A stretch of 64,000 nt of DNA from Macrostomum hystrix. Lineage: Eukaryota; Animalia; Platyhelminthes. Below the pieces are notes generated by a model that saw only the letters and a list, made by a program, of their open reading frames with translations, ran no database searches and was not told the origin of the DNA. Location: contig CATNEN010000039.1 of NCBI GenBank assembly GCA_950097015.1, positions 15,686,001 to 15,750,000 of the forward strand, written 5' to 3'. Positions 27,041 through 39,939 of the stretch are shown here, in pieces. The position numbers were made by a program, and so were the translations under genes. The first letter of the stretch is position 1, and every line of letters begins with the position of its first letter.

Positions 27041-28212
27041 GTGTGTAATTGTAGTCATGGACGCTGGTTCTGTCAGCAGCAGCTCAACGATTCCAAGGAA
27101 TCACCCTCAACCAGGCGTAATCCAAATGTTCAGCTTGATCTCGCTGCTAACGGACTGTCTTGCTGGTCGAAGGGCATCTTGCATCTCGTCAACAATAGCT
27201 GGCTTTGTCTATGGCTCGTCCTACCGGTGATTGTCGGCTTCGGTCTCCTTGGCAACGGTCTGGTCGGCTATGTGACGCTCGTTCATCAGCGGCCTCTCAC
27301 CAGGCAAAACACCTACTTCGGCTGCATTGCTCTAGCTGACGCTGTCACCGTGACTTTCACAGCAGTCCTGGCCCTGTTCCTGCCCAAAGGTCTGCCCTGG
27401 CTTAGCGGAGGCAAACTCGGCTTCATTCTCTACAACGAAGGAGTGCATGGCTGCAAAATCCACTTCCTCATTGCTGGCGTGGGCCAAGTTCTCCCAGCGG
27501 CTCTAGTCCTTGTCATGGTGGCGGACCGCGCACTCTCGTTGGCCGCTCCGTTTCGCTTTCACCGTTTCGGCCCTAAAATCGCCGTCAGGACCATGCTGGC
27601 AGCAACTCTGATCGCCTTGCTGATGTCCAGCTCGCCAGTCCTGTTCAGCCGCGTATCCAGATTTGCAGACAGCGATGGCAACATCATCGAAGGCTGCGTG
27701 CCGTCTGATGAAAGCTTTGCGTCTCTGTTTTATTGGAATATGGCTTGCAGCTGTCCGCCAACTCTTGTTCTCCTGGTAATTCTGATGTTCAACTTGTTTC
27801 TCCTGGCCAATATGATCCGCGTTGGTCGCGAGCGTCTGGCAGCTTTGTCCTCTGGCGAAGGCATTAGCGATGGACTGCGTCAAGACATAAAGCGACTGCG
27901 AGTCACTAAACTTGTTCTGGTCATGTCAACTGTCTCTTTCCTGTCGAATCTACCATCACTGCCGATGGAGTGGGCCCTGTTCTTTCTCGGCAAATCTGGC
28001 GAATCCTGCTGGAGATGGTATTCGTGGTCAAGGCCATTGCGATGCTCAACCAGGCCTGAAATGTGCTGGTGATGCTGCACCAGAGCCGCAGCTTCCGCAA
28101 GGAAGTGATCGGCATTCTTGGATGCGGTAGAAGCAGTGCAGTCTATCTGAGCAGACAGAGCGCTGATCTGACACCAGCGATTGATGTCAACCTGACTCAA
28201 GCAAACGGCTAG
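27041..28212 (+). pseudogene. Rhodopsin-like (class A, peptide-receptor-like) GPCR with frameshift and nonsense codon
   Basis: TM1 GLLGN, TM2 IALAD, C-K before TM3, and DRALSL. After TM6 the hydrophobic TM7/helix 8 (QIWRILLEMVFVVKAIAMLNQA*NVLVMLHQSRSFRKE) lies in another frame from ~27991, with TGA at 28057-28059 and TAG at 28210-28212. Confidence 0.8.
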
Positions 28213-28259
28213 GCTGGGACATTTTAGGACATTTGCTTGCTTATACAGTCTTAACGGAA

Positions 28260-28525
28260 GCTTCTAATCCAGTGGTTAGGAGCTTGGGATTTATGACTGA
28301 GAGGTCGGCAGTTCTCAACGATGCTGACGTCGGACGGCATTGAAAGTTGGTTCATCGTAGAGGGCGGAAAAGTTGGATTCAGATGGTGCAGCTTTCCATA
28401 AAATCAGTCATTCAGTTTGGTAGCTGTCGTGAAGTAGGCAGTGGGTATTTGAACTAACCCGTGGTCTGTTCCCCAAGGGGAGGAATATCGTGGTCCTTTC
28501 TACTGTTAATGCCAGAAGAATGCGA
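28260..28525 (+). mobile_element. tRNA-derived SINE-like repeat
   Basis: tRNA-like 5' end (CAGTGGTTAGG...GAGAGGTCGGCAGTTC); 3' part repeated at 7860-7945. Confidence 0.5.
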
Positions 28526-28949
28526 GTAATTCTGTAGAAATTTGAGTGGATCAGAAGTCAGAAACTTTTTGCATAATAAAACTTTCATAAAAAATATCAT
28601 TTTGCGACTTTCTGTAATAGGACTAACGAGATGGTTTTATGAAACGTCTGATATCATTTTGAAGAAGCAATTGATTTTATCCCATTTAAACGCTCGAATG
28701 CACAACGAATCACGAAGCTGTCGTTCTTCAGCTGTGTTTCCGGATGTTTTTAGTAGATAAGTCATTTATTTTTTGTCAAATTAGCAACGACTGTAACACT
28801 GCAAAACATTTTTTCGTCTAGAATCTCATCAAAACTTTTCTCTCGTCTAGACAATCGCTGTTAAGAAGTAGTCTTAGAGCCTTAAGTAACCGTTTAGATA
28901 CGGTTAGATACGGTACTCAAAGCACGATAGAATGAAATAATTAAGCATG

Positions 28950-30539
28950 CAAAAGATCCGGATATGTGATACGTATCCTTTAGATACTCCGTACCAAATC
29001 GCTGCCGCATGAAGTCGCGAGCGAAACAATTTGGTCTTGATAGATTCAGACTGGAAAGGCTGCATGCTTTCCATCGAACGTGCAAATGAAAGAATCGACT
29101 CGATCTGGGTTCAAACCTTCAGAACGTGAAGCGCCCAGATTTCGAAGCAATTGATTTGTCTCCTCAATCAACTTGACCAACTTCTTGAGAAGAGAAGTGT
29201 GCAGCCTAGACTCGAGCAGCATATGGAGAGTTGCTTGGTCACACTTGCTCAGCATTGATGGTGATGCTTGATTTGGCAGGTTTTCCTGACCAGCACGCAC
29301 ATGCCTGCTAAGAGCAGGAGAAAGTCTACTGCCCTGTGCTGATGATGACGACTGGATAGTTGGACTGCTTTGACCAGCATGCTGGCTTCAAGCAGAAGAC
29401 GGTCTGTTGCTGCCAGTGTGATTAACATACTGCATTGAAGAAGCGCCAGCACTAGTTGATTGGTCAATTCTTAGCTTTTTTTGCTGGTTGTGCCCTCTTG
29501 CATGACTGAAACTTTTGCATCTCTTTGCGCAAAGCAGCAGAGGAAGATGATGATCGAAATGGTAGTCCAAATCCAGAATTCTCTTGAGCAACCTCAGCCT
29601 CCTCACTAGAGCTAGATCCACTGCTCACATCACTTTCTTCCTCACGTTCTTCTTCATCTTCAGCTTCAATATCAAGATTCCATTCAGGTGGATCTGACAG
29701 TCGTGCACTTCTCTCTTGCTTATCAAGCTTGCTTAGTATGGCATCTGGGTCATTACCGTGTTCAACAAGGTCGTCAATCAGAATCCCATATAATCCACAT
29801 TTAATAGTAAACTGTGTGGCCTATTTTTGTCAAACCTGTACCATTTTACTGGAAATTTTAATGGGATGATGCATGATGCTTTTTGTGCATATAAAATCCG
29901 ATTGCTTATTTTAGAGACGTCTAATGGGCGCCTTCAGAGCGAGGAATCGGTAGTCTGTGGTACAGACTACTTTAATTCCGAGACCATTACATCATAAAAT
30001 GGGCCTCAAACGTATATAACGGACAATAGCCACAGAATGCTCATTAAATGGCTATTATCATATACATAATTCTATTTGAACACTGTTTAATTCCAGAAAC
30101 ACGGTATGTCTCCTATCTAAATAGTTTATTTTTCTCGCAGTCAGAGCTGCAGCTTCGGTTTTCAGTCCATGTCTAAATGTCTCACATTTAATGGGGAGGC
30201 TCACAATGTGGGAGCCGTCGACTGCTCTTATTACACTGGAGTTCAACGTTGAACAGTAGCCATTTGAAGTTGCAAAACTACAACGTTATGAAACGTAAAA
30301 GCGCGTCAGCAAAGAGTAGAGCAGCAAAACATTGCCGCAGAGAAGAAAGCGATGATGCTCGTGAGGCGCGATCGACTGCTAAATGGCTGACATCCAAATG
30401 GCTGACATCCAAATGGCTGACATCCAAATGGCTGACATCCAAATGGCTGACATCTGCGAATAAACGAGTTCTGCTGAAGAACTTGTGCTAGATGTCCCAC
30501 AATCGGTTAAGCGCGTGTGCATACGTCAGGGTAGCTGGG
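28950..30539 (-). mobile_element. Degraded EnSpm/CACTA-like DNA transposon piece with broken accessory ORF
   Basis: Right end reads CCCAGCTACCC on the minus strand, next to five 15-bp subterminal repeats (AAATGGCTGACATCC, 30381-30453). Interrupted acidic/Ser-rich coding-like sequence at ~29050-29790 (-). No transposase seen. Confidence 0.33.
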
Positions 30540-30972
30540 AGGTATGTTTCCTTGCTATATATCTAATTCACTTACGTCTAATATACGATGCACTAAATTT
30601 AATTTGCAGACAGTGATTTGTATAGAAAGCAGTAGCCATACTTCTAACGCATAGTGAGTTTTATATGAGTTTTATATGAGTATTATATGAGTATTATATG
30701 AGTATTATATTTATACGTTGCTTTTAGGTACATAATGACACACGCGCACACAACCAATTGCAGCCGAATCGACTCTACAACTGTACTCGGCTATGCACAG
30801 TCTTCGGAATGTGACTCCATTAAAATAAAGGAAACCCAACCGAACATTTAAATGCCATTGACGATTAACCATTGAGCATAATATATAGTTTTTTAGTAGT
30901 CCATGTTTATATGGTTCCAGTGTGAGGTGTTTTCTATTAATAATTCTAATAATTCTAATTTATAATTGAGTC

Positions 30973-31530
30973 TGCAGTAGCACTCAAGCTGCCCACGTTT
31001 TGAGTCAGCCAGCCCCGCGCCTGGTTTATCCAGGCAGAGGCACAATTCACTCTCTGTCGCATTTCGCAGGAAGACACCAGGTACTGCCACCTCGTAGCAG
31101 CGCTCGATCAGCAGTCGGCGGAGCGTCTGCTAGACGTGCTGGAGAATCCGCCCACGGAAAACAAGTACGGCGTGCTTAAGGACCGGCTTCTTGGCACTTT
31201 CGGCCTGACACAGCAGCAGCGGGTCAGCCGGCTGCTCAACCTGGCCGGCCTTGGTGAACGCCGCCCGTCCGAACTCATGGACGAGATGCTGGCCCTGCTC
31301 GGTGACCATCGGCCATGCATGCTCTTCTAGGAGCTGTTCCGCCAGCAACTGCCAGCTGCCAGCTGGTCTCCGCCGATTTTAGAGACCCGCGGTTGGTCGC
31401 GCAGCTCGCGGACGGGCTCTGGGCAAGCCGCGCCCAGCCCTTGGCAGCCGCCTCGCTGGCGCACTACCAGCCAGTAGTTGCCGCCGCAGCTCGGCAGGCC
31501 ACAGCCGCCGGTCCAGCCCGCGCCCGGGAA
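30973..31530 (+). mobile_element. Degenerate Gypsy (CsRn1-like) gag fragment
   Basis: VALKLPTF*VSQPRAWFIQAEAQF...LKDRLLGTFGLTQQQRVSRLL...PSELMDEMLALLGDH with stops; clearly homologous to gag at 52558. Confidence 0.88.
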
Positions 31531-31679
31531 GCCGGGTGCAGCAGAAGAAGCTGCAAATTTGCTGATCAGTGCCGTAGATGCGGCATAGGCCACTCAGAAG
31601 CTGCTGCCCATCGGGATGGCGAGGGCAGTGAGACGACTAGGCCTTCGCACTGACTTGGTGCTTGTTCTGATTTTAACGC

Positions 31680-32265
31680 CCTGGTTCTATCTACAGATCT
31701 AAAGTTAGCAGAGTGGAAGAAGGAGCTGATGTGCACTGATTTACCTGAGGAAAAGTTTTATTCTCGACTATGTTGCTTACGGATTCCGCATTACTAACAA
31801 GAGTGCTTCTGGTTTCAAGCCAGTTGAAGCTGATAACTACCATTCTGTCAATATTTCATTTTGAGGCTGTCCAAACGCAGATTAACAAAGAGCTCAAGTG
31901 TGGGCGGCATCGCGAGTGACCGACCGGCGGGCGTCCAAAATTGGTCAGCGCCCTTGGAGCCCTGCCCAAAGATAGTGATCGTGTGCGCCTTATTCCCGAC
32001 TGCAGTCGGCCTTTGAACAACTCTGGGAACTCCAGATGGGTCTGCCAGGAGAAGCTGCGACTCACGTGCGCCGATAACTTTGTGAAAAAGCTGTCCAGAG
32101 GCTGTTTTATGACAAAGGTGGACCTCAGCGAAGCGTACCGCGCCTGTGGTATTCACCCGACGATTTCAGTCAGGCGGGAATTAAGTTCCGCTTCGGGCAG
32201 TCCAAAGCGGCTACCGACATGTACGACACCCGTCTGCCGTTCGGCGCTGCGGCATCCGTTACCTA
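31680..32265 (+). mobile_element. DIRS/Ngaro-like retrotransposon RT fragment, copy 1
   Basis: FILDYVAYGFRI..NYHS, VSALGALPKDSDRVRLIPDCSRP, KVDLSEAYR and (frameshifted) DTRLPFG; resembles tyrosine-recombinase retroelement RT. Confidence 0.75.
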
Positions 32266-32267
32266 TG

Positions 32268-32475
32268 AGTTTCAATCATAGCCCACCAGAGTTTCAATCA
32301 TGGCTAACCAGAGTTTGAATCATGGCTAAACAAGCGTTTGAATCATGGCTAAACCAGAGTTTGAATCATGGCTAAACAAGCGTTTGAATCATGGCTAAAC
32401 CAGAGTTTGAATCATGGCTAAACCAGAGTTTGAATCATGGCTAAACAAGCGTTTGAATCATGGCTAAACCAGAAT
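32268..32475. repeat. 23-bp minisatellite (GAGTTTGAATCATGGCTAAACCA)
   Basis: About 9 tandem units. Confidence 0.9.
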
Positions 32476-32635
32476 TTAAATCTATTTTTCTTTTGTCATT
32501 GATCTGAATTCTCTACATTTTGATTTTGTTATCTTATAACGTCATAATGATATATGTTTGTATGATAATAATTTTGCCTAATATTCATCAAATTAAATTG
32601 TTCTTCTCAATTTTTTACAAAAGCAGCTCGAGAAC

Positions 32636-32833
32636 ATTGTCAACTGGGGTTTGTCATAAATGGGGGTCATCATCGACTGGGGGATCGTCGTCAACTGGGG
32701 GATCATTGTCAACTGGGGGATCATTGTCAACTGGGGGATCATTGTCAACTGGGGGATCATCGTCAACTGGGGGATCATTTTCAACTGGGGGATCATTGTC
32801 AACTGGGGGATCATTGTCAACTGGGGGATCATT
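32636..32833. repeat. 18-bp minisatellite (GGGGATCATTGTCAACTG)
   Basis: About 10 tandem units. Confidence 0.92.
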
Positions 32834-33326
32834 ATAGCTTGAAAAACTGAAAATACAGCAGCTAAAAAGTATGTACTAGACGAATTAAAAATATTTCTGC
32901 TCCCCGAAGGGGGGGCAAAACTTGCTAGTGAAATTTACTAAAACCAAAAATGATTTTTCATTCTATTTTATTGTTGTACTCTGTGCAACTAAAAAATAGC
33001 TATACTGAATTGTTAAAACGCATGCAGAAAACATTAGTTGCGCTGCAAAATTAATACGGGATGGTTTGCGTAAATAAAATCATCGATTAGCTGTTGTGTC
33101 TGGCTTTGTGCATTTACTTTTGAATAATCTGTTAGTGTTAGAAATATTAGAGTGTAGCAAAGCTGAAGGAGTCTGTTAAGTTAAACATTAAATAAGCAGC
33201 GAGCTTTTTAAGACCTCATTAATTTTCTAGCGAGACAAGTGAAATAAGCTGACATAGAAAAATAGAAAAAGTAATAAGAGAGACTTTGCAGAATGGTCGC
33301 AGAATTAGCTTAGTTGAGACTAATCA

Positions 33327-34008
33327 CTAATAACTGACGCAATCAGATTTTTCTGCGTTTGGTTTGCATTCGTAGCGTTCGAAAAGTTCTTTTACATAAT
33401 ATGATTTAAGCGATTTTTCACAGCCGATGATGGTTTTAAAACGGTTCGAATTAGCTACAGACCTTTTAGCAACGATTTTGTAGCACTTTTCTGATGGAGG
33501 GCAAAAATCTTCATATGGGCCATACACTTCTTCGCGTTGGTGTTGGTAATACGGCACAATGTTAATGTAAAGAAGGCATGGTACCAGATCACGTTCTAGA
33601 TCATTGGTCAAGTTAAATACACTCGCTTTATTGCAGTTATCACCCGTGCAGTCTTTGCAATATTTTGTAGCAGGACAGGCGCCGCAACCATATTTCAGTC
33701 CCTAAAAAAGTTTCCGATAGGGCAAAATTTATAGGGCAAACTGTTGCTTCATGATTTCGAATTGATATGCTAATTAAATTAGTTTAATTCATTCGGTTGC
33801 TCACCACTTGGTTCCTTTCTTCATTAGGTTGATATTCCACGTAACACTTGGTGACGTTGTCAGCACAATTTCTATCAAAATAAGCATTCTTATATTCATA
33901 AAATGGTACTTTATGATTCCTCGACCAGAGACATTTAATACAATCAGCCAGCTGGATGCCTCCAAGTGCAAGAAACACGCAAACAATAACCAGCTTCATA
34001 GTCGTCAT
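33327..34008 (-). CDS. Secreted Cys-rich Ly6/uPAR (three-finger)-like protein, copy A, 2 exons
   Basis: Exon 1 34008-33805 (signal MTTMKLVIVCVFLALGGIQLADC, then IKC...C...KCY); GT-AG intron 33804-33702; exon 2 33701-33327 (GCGACPATKYCKDCTGDNCN, then a second Cys module PC..FC..KCY..GC..EC..DC). Fold inferred from Cys spacing and the terminal CN. Confidence 0.72.
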
Positions 34009-34739
34009 GATTGCCAGCTTCGATTCCGAATAGCCCAGTTAGATTTGGTCGATTAGCTGGCAGGTGGCAGTTGAATTGCTGATCAGTTTTGCAACGGCTG
34101 AGTAGAATCGGCCAGAATGCTTAGTCGAGTGTTGTCAGTTGTTGGATTTGATTTTTCGTTTCGGGCCGCTGCCCCTTCAATATGCTGCAGAAAATACAGG
34201 TCCGAGCCGGCTCGGTCTATGGCAGCGCTGGCTGACACAGGGGTGCCCGCCTTTTGTCTATGTCAAATTTCAGCTCTACTTTGCTTTTTTCATGCACGAC
34301 TTTTCTGAGATGAACTTTTGTGTTGTACTAGTAGAAATCTTTCTAGCTTATTGGAGTTTCTCTCTAACAAAGAAGCATTGCACTTTACAAGCATCGAATG
34401 TATGCTTCCCATGGGCCCATATTTGACAGACTTTTTAGACAGAGCCAGGTTAACGAAAGCTAGTGACTTTTCTTCAATCACATCAAATCGTTCTTTCTCC
34501 GATTCCTCCGCACCTCAGATCCCGCATCCTATGCCACAGATCCCATATCCCAGAAAATACATCCAATAGGGGATACGCTAATCCTACATCCGAGATCCTA
34601 TATCTCATTCGACAGACCTCAGATCCCAAATCGCAGTTCCTGAATCGCACATTCCGAATCGTGATTGAAAAAGCACTTTTAAGTTCCAATCAACCCGAAT
34701 AATAATAGAGAGCGGAGGGACAGGATTTTGAAGTGTCTA

Positions 34740-34880
34740 CCCGTGCAACAAGGCGACGTAATGCGACGTAGCAATGTGACGTAAATGCAACGTCACTGCG
34801 ACGTAAAAAATGCTAGTCACAATTACGTCACAGCAAGCAAATTTTGTGACGTCGCATTTGCAACCATATGCAACCAATTA
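34740..34880 (+). mobile_element. DNA-transposon-like terminus (CCC start, subterminal GACGT repeats; EnSpm-like)
   Basis: Begins exactly where the 33.3/40 kb duplication homology ends. Multiple (G/T)GACGT and TGCAAC motifs in both orientations. Confidence 0.4.
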
Positions 34881-35501
34881 AGCGCGCATCTGGTCACTTG
34901 TATATATGGCTGGCCACACTGCAGAAAAAATAAGTAAGCAAAGACAGAGGGATTTATTTTTTATTCCGGCATTCTAGCATAGTTAATTGGGACCCAAAAT
35001 GGCCCTATTGCCTTGTCGCCCTACCTAGGACCCTAGCTATATAAGGGTCCGAGAGGCGCAATATATATTTATTAGTCATTACGAGTAATTAGTATTTTAT
35101 TAAAAAATACTCAATCGTTCCATGGTGGAATCGCTGCACATTGGGCTAAAATAGAAATAGTTTCTACCACATAGATACATATTCGTCTAACTGCATGGGA
35201 AAAGGGCGTGGACCAATAGAAACGAGTAGCATGGATCGATTGAGTATTTTGTTCTTAATTGGATTTTTGCTTTAGGTTTATCAAAACGCTTATGACAATG
35301 ATACTACTGGTGTACTTCCTCAGTAGTGATAGTGGGCTATGTGGCTATGTTTTGAGTAAAATAATGCAAGTAAGCATGGTAAGAAGCAAAAAAAATCTAG
35401 CAAAGATGGGGCATGGGAGGGAAGGTTCTGCTGGTTAGCTAAGCATTTTTTCAGCTAGAAATTCCTACGCTTGGATTGTTTAGCATCCTCAACCTCATCC
35501 A

Positions 35502-36950
35502 TCATCCGTCATCCTCAAGGCCAACTTCGTCATGGTCATCCTGGTCTGTGTCGTCGAAGCTCAATGCAGTTGGAAGCCCAGCAGTCCTCGCCTCTCTCTT
35601 CGCCACGTTCGCCATATGCTTCAGAACGCTGCCGACATGGCTGCTTGGTGCCTGGCCTCCGAGCTGTTGCCGTGGAATGCGCGATCCCTGAATGACCTCT
35701 GAAAAAATGCATTTAAGCTAAAGTATATGGTAACTTTTTGGAACATTTTCGGATTGTTATTGAATGTATGGTAACTATTTAGAAAACATATTTTTACCAA
35801 AATATGCCAAGTTAATTCAAAGGAGACATAAGGAAGGACAACAATTTCGCGATAAGTTTGATCCCAACGCACGATTATAATAATATCGAAGTTAGTTATC
35901 CAAAAAAACTTACTGCAAATTGCATCGAGCACATCTTTTGGAAGTGGTCTCTTGACTTGGTCTTGACCTGAACCAGCAGCAGCAGAGTGTGTCCTCTTGC
36001 GGCCTCCAATGTTGAACCCGGAAAGGATTGTCGGGGTGGCACAGGAGCGAAGGATCGCCGAAATCGTTAACGAAAGTTTACCACCACCGACGATTTGATT
36101 AGATAGATATCGAACCTAAAGAATCGGATTACATGGGGTATTAAGGAAGTGGCATTCTGCAATGATAAAACTCCTGCACTTTTTACATTCCATAGAATGC
36201 AATAAAATTATTATTTAAGGACGTTATTTTCTGAAAACAAGAGCGATTTGCGAGCTGTGCAGAGGCAGCAGAGCTGGTCCACACTGGACCAAAAGTGGTG
36301 GGCTTTGAAGATCTGGCGCAATAAAAATGGACATATAATGAGGCCGTCTAATTGCATTTTAAGCTACACTTTTTTACATACAAATTGTCCATAAAGCCTT
36401 CCATGTATACTCACGAATGCAGCCTTCAAATTGCCGTCCTTTTCCAACAAGGAATTTAGCTCAAAAAAGCGGTCACCGGAGTTACATGGCAGCATGCCAA
36501 TCAGCGTTGCTGCTGGGTTAGACAGAGCCTGACTTTGGGAGACGAAGCCCATGACGGTCGACTCCAGAGAAACAATTCGCTCTGTGAGCATTTGGATCCA
36601 CGCTGAAAACCACACGAATGGGTGTATAATGTATAAAATAAAATGAACAACAGATGAACCGACATGCAGTTAAAGAACATCATTCGTCTTACTTTGCATA
36701 TGAGGGCAGTTGACAGCTTTGCCTCCCAGCAGCTATATCTGAATCAGCTTGCTTAGGCCGTGTAGTCGAATGGTTGGACGATGGTTGAACAGACAACACA
36801 GAGTGCAGTTGGAGTCCGAATCATCAGCATTACTATTGGCAAAAACATCCGCTCTGGAAAAATGAGCAGAAGCCGCTGTAGGAGTACCCGGCCCAATAGT
36901 GTTTTTTGAACTGGCAGATCTGGCAGCAGCTGGACTCTTGGGCACGGGCA
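35502..36950 (-). CDS. DUF4806/BEN-like protein, 5'-truncated (transposon accessory-gene-like)
   Basis: In-phase exons ~36602-36415, 36115-35914 and 35698-35502 give ...LPCNSGDRFFELNSLLEKDGNLKAAF/VRYLSNQIVGGGKLSLTISAILRSCATPTILSGFNIGGRKR...DVLDAICKVI. The upstream part is disrupted. Family assignment from recalled pattern only. Confidence 0.5.
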
Positions 36951-36994
36951 TCTTAGAATAATGTGGTGCTGAAGCAAATTATTCTCAAGCAAAT

Positions 36995-37202
36995 TATACT
37001 CAAGCAAATTATTTAATAAAACTATGCATCGCTCTCGTTACATTATTGTTAGCATTCCAATCACGCTAACGCAGTAATTTCTAAAATGCTATATGAACAT
37101 AGGAGCATTCTTTGGTCCTATGTTAGCTTACTTCGTCCAAAGCTGGGACAAACCGATTCGGACTAAACGTTAAACACCTATGGAACTTTTGCGGATTTAT
37201 TT
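36995..37202 (+). repeat. Dispersed copy of 25798-26035 (sequence upstream of ZIP7)
   Basis: Near-identical ACTCAAGCAAATTATTTAATAAAACTATGC...GGAACTTTTGCGGATTTATTT with one ~30-bp internal deletion. Confidence 0.92.
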
Positions 37203-37690
37203 GAGGCTGTCCAAACGCAGATTAACAAAGAGCTCAAGTGTGGGCGGTATCGCGAGTGCCCGACCGGCGGGCGTCCAAAATTGGTCAGCGCCCTTGGAGA
37301 CCTGCCCAAAGATAGTGATCGTGTGCGCCTTATTCCCGACTGCAGTCGGCCTTTGAATAACTCTTTGAACTCCAGATGGGTCTGCCAGGAGAAGCTGCGA
37401 TTCACGTGCGCCGATAACTTTGCGAGAAAGCTGTCCAGAGGCTGTTTTATGACAAAGGTGGACCTCAGCGAAGCGTACCGCGCCTGTGGTATTCACCCGA
37501 CGATTTCAGTCAGGCGGGAATTAAGTTCCGCTTCGGGCAGTCCAAAGCAGTACCTACATGTACGACACCCGTCTGCCGTTCGGCGCTGCGGCATCCGTTA
37601 CCTGTTTTCATCATCTTAGCAATGCTGTGAGATTAACGATGCTGCGCAGAGGCTTCGTAGGCACCGAGTCCTACTTGGACGATTTCGCCA
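37198..37690 (+). mobile_element. DIRS/Ngaro-like RT fragment, copy 2 (includes YLDD)
   Basis: Near-identical to 31858-32265 and extends to DTRLPFGAAASVTCFHHLSNAV...ESYLDDF (YLDD at 37672). Confidence 0.8.
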
Positions 37691-38264
37691 GGCTTAGGCC
37701 TGGTAAACTCGAATCGAGACCATTAAAACATGCACATGAAATATTACCGAATTTTGATCCGAATTCGATCATTTTGTGATTGAATTTTCTAACTCAAATC
37801 TAACAGATTAAATATAAAACAAGAATTACTACCAAATTTTGTTTATACAATGTGCGACACTACTAAGCGCAAATTGAGCATGCTGAGAAAGCATCCAGCA
37901 TGCTCTATCGTCGAGTTTAACGTGTCTAAAAATGTGTTTTTTTACCGTTATAATGTAAACACGGTTGTAAAATTATACAACGAAGGGTAAATTCAAAACG
38001 AATTCAATTGAATTTTCTAATTCTAAAACGATGAGCTTTGCATAATTTTGCTTGGAATTAAAAAAGCAAAGCTTCTGAAATTTTTTAATCGTGCTTCGTC
38101 TTTGGATTTCAACAAGAAATCCGCAACTGAGTAACAAGAATTCAATATCCGTTAATTTTTGTGTAACCTACTGCATGACGCCATTTCATCGTTGATATAC
38201 AATATCTGAAGCTTAAAAAATGACAGAGATGCGCAAATGTATTATAGAAAGTCAATCTACTATG

Positions 38265-38702
38265 CCAGAGGGGCTCACTGACCGGAAGATCATTTTCCAC
38301 TCCGACAGTCAAGCCGCCCTCGACCGCAGCACCACCTGCTCTAAGACCACCTTGGACTGCAACGCCCAGCTCAACGAGCTGGCGCGGGCCAACGAGGTCA
38401 AGCTCAAATGGATCCCAGGTCACGCTGGCTTCCCAGGGAATGAGATGGCGGACCAGCTCGCAAGAGCCTGGCGCTCCTATCCCCGCCACTGTGACCAACC
38501 TCAAGCTGAAGCGCTGGATGGAGGCACAGCACCTGGACAGATGGACCAGGACCCAGAACTGCAAGCAGTCCAGGGCAGCGGTCCCATGTCCGTCTCACCG
38601 CCCTCGCAAAGCCCTCTTAAAGCTGAACCGCAGAGATCTCCGCGCAGTCAGCATGGCCCTCTCAGGGCATGGCTGTTTTTCTCGGCATCGCCATCTCCAG
38701 GA
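38265..38702 (+). mobile_element. RNase H fragment of the LOA/R1-type LINE family
   Basis: [33 protein letters not shown] and [19 protein letters not shown]; homologous to the ORF2 C-terminus at 45150-45650. Confidence 0.9.
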
Positions 38703-39939
38703 CCAACAAAAGTTTTTAGCCACGAAGAATGCAATCATTTCTGGATTTACCACAAAGCTTTAGCTGGCTGAATTAAAACAATATTATAGTACTGATGCCT
38801 ATAGAATAAGCGGATGCTGCTAGATAATTATTTACCATCGGAATTATGCAAAACTCAAAATAACATACAAAATAACACAATAACTCGGAAGTAAGTCCGA
38901 TTCTTCTATTCTTAGCATCACAAAATTCCGGGTCAAATTCAGAAAGCGCACGCGAAGAAGATGTGAACGAAGGATTTTGTCTATAACTTTCAAACCATTT
39001 GATAAAAATGCTTAATTTTGCACAGGATTGTATAAAAATATGTGCTTGAGGTGGTACAAATGTGGTACAGGCCGTATGTATTCTATTTTTGGAGAGAGAA
39101 GACCATTTGCTACCGGGAATCACTTCATTAAAACTTTAGACGATGATTTTTTGCTTATTAAAGCTCGCTCAGATCAACTTTTGAGCTCAAAAGATGCGGA
39201 TTTTGCTGAAATGTTATAAATATAAAACGGTACAAGAATCTAGTCAGAAGCGAGGACGCAATTGATCAGCCCAATGCCAGCCGCATCGAATTTTTAAATC
39301 CAGAAATTTGAAGGCTTCAAAAGTGACAGGATTAGCACTATCAATCTGGTCAAAATCTATTAGCAAAGACGGATTTTGCAAGTGGTACAACTGATTTTAA
39401 AAAGTGATGCGGCTGGGTTGCTGCTAGCGAAAAGTGCGTATGCAACGGTACCTCCAGCAGTTTCAGCAGGGCATGGCGGCGTCCGTCGTGTTTGTGGATG
39501 GTGTAGGGACTCTATTTGAACTTCCTCATTCTGTCTCGTTGTGAATCTTTGTCGCTTACCCTCCTTTTCTTTGTTATCTTTTTCCCTTCCTCTTCGTTTC
39601 GCTGCTGCTTTCGCTAAGTTTGTGTCTCTCTCGTGCATCTTTGTTCGTGCTTTGGGGGCACAAAATGACTACTTTCAGACATCAAGCCAGGTTTTACTGA
39701 TCATTGTGCAGCTTGCGTGGAGTGTTAAAAATATTGCGGAATTCAGATATATATATACATATTTTGTCATAAAATATGACAAGCCTGGCATGCTTGGGAT
39801 TTGCAACGGAAATCGGTCAGTTTTTGTTATTGAGAGGAGACTTTTAGCGCCTTGATTTTTTCAGCACATTTTCAGACACAGCTTTCGGTACATTCAGTAC
39901 ACAAAACATGAAAAGAAGATTCAAAATAAAATTAAAAAA

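Noticed and set aside
28057-28059. In-frame TGA as selenocysteine or readthrough
   Set aside because: Accompanied by a frameshift and no SECIS recognised; pseudogenisation is simpler.
39300-39700. Coding-like basic ORF (39360-39638)
   Set aside because: No recognisable domain or consistent splice structure.
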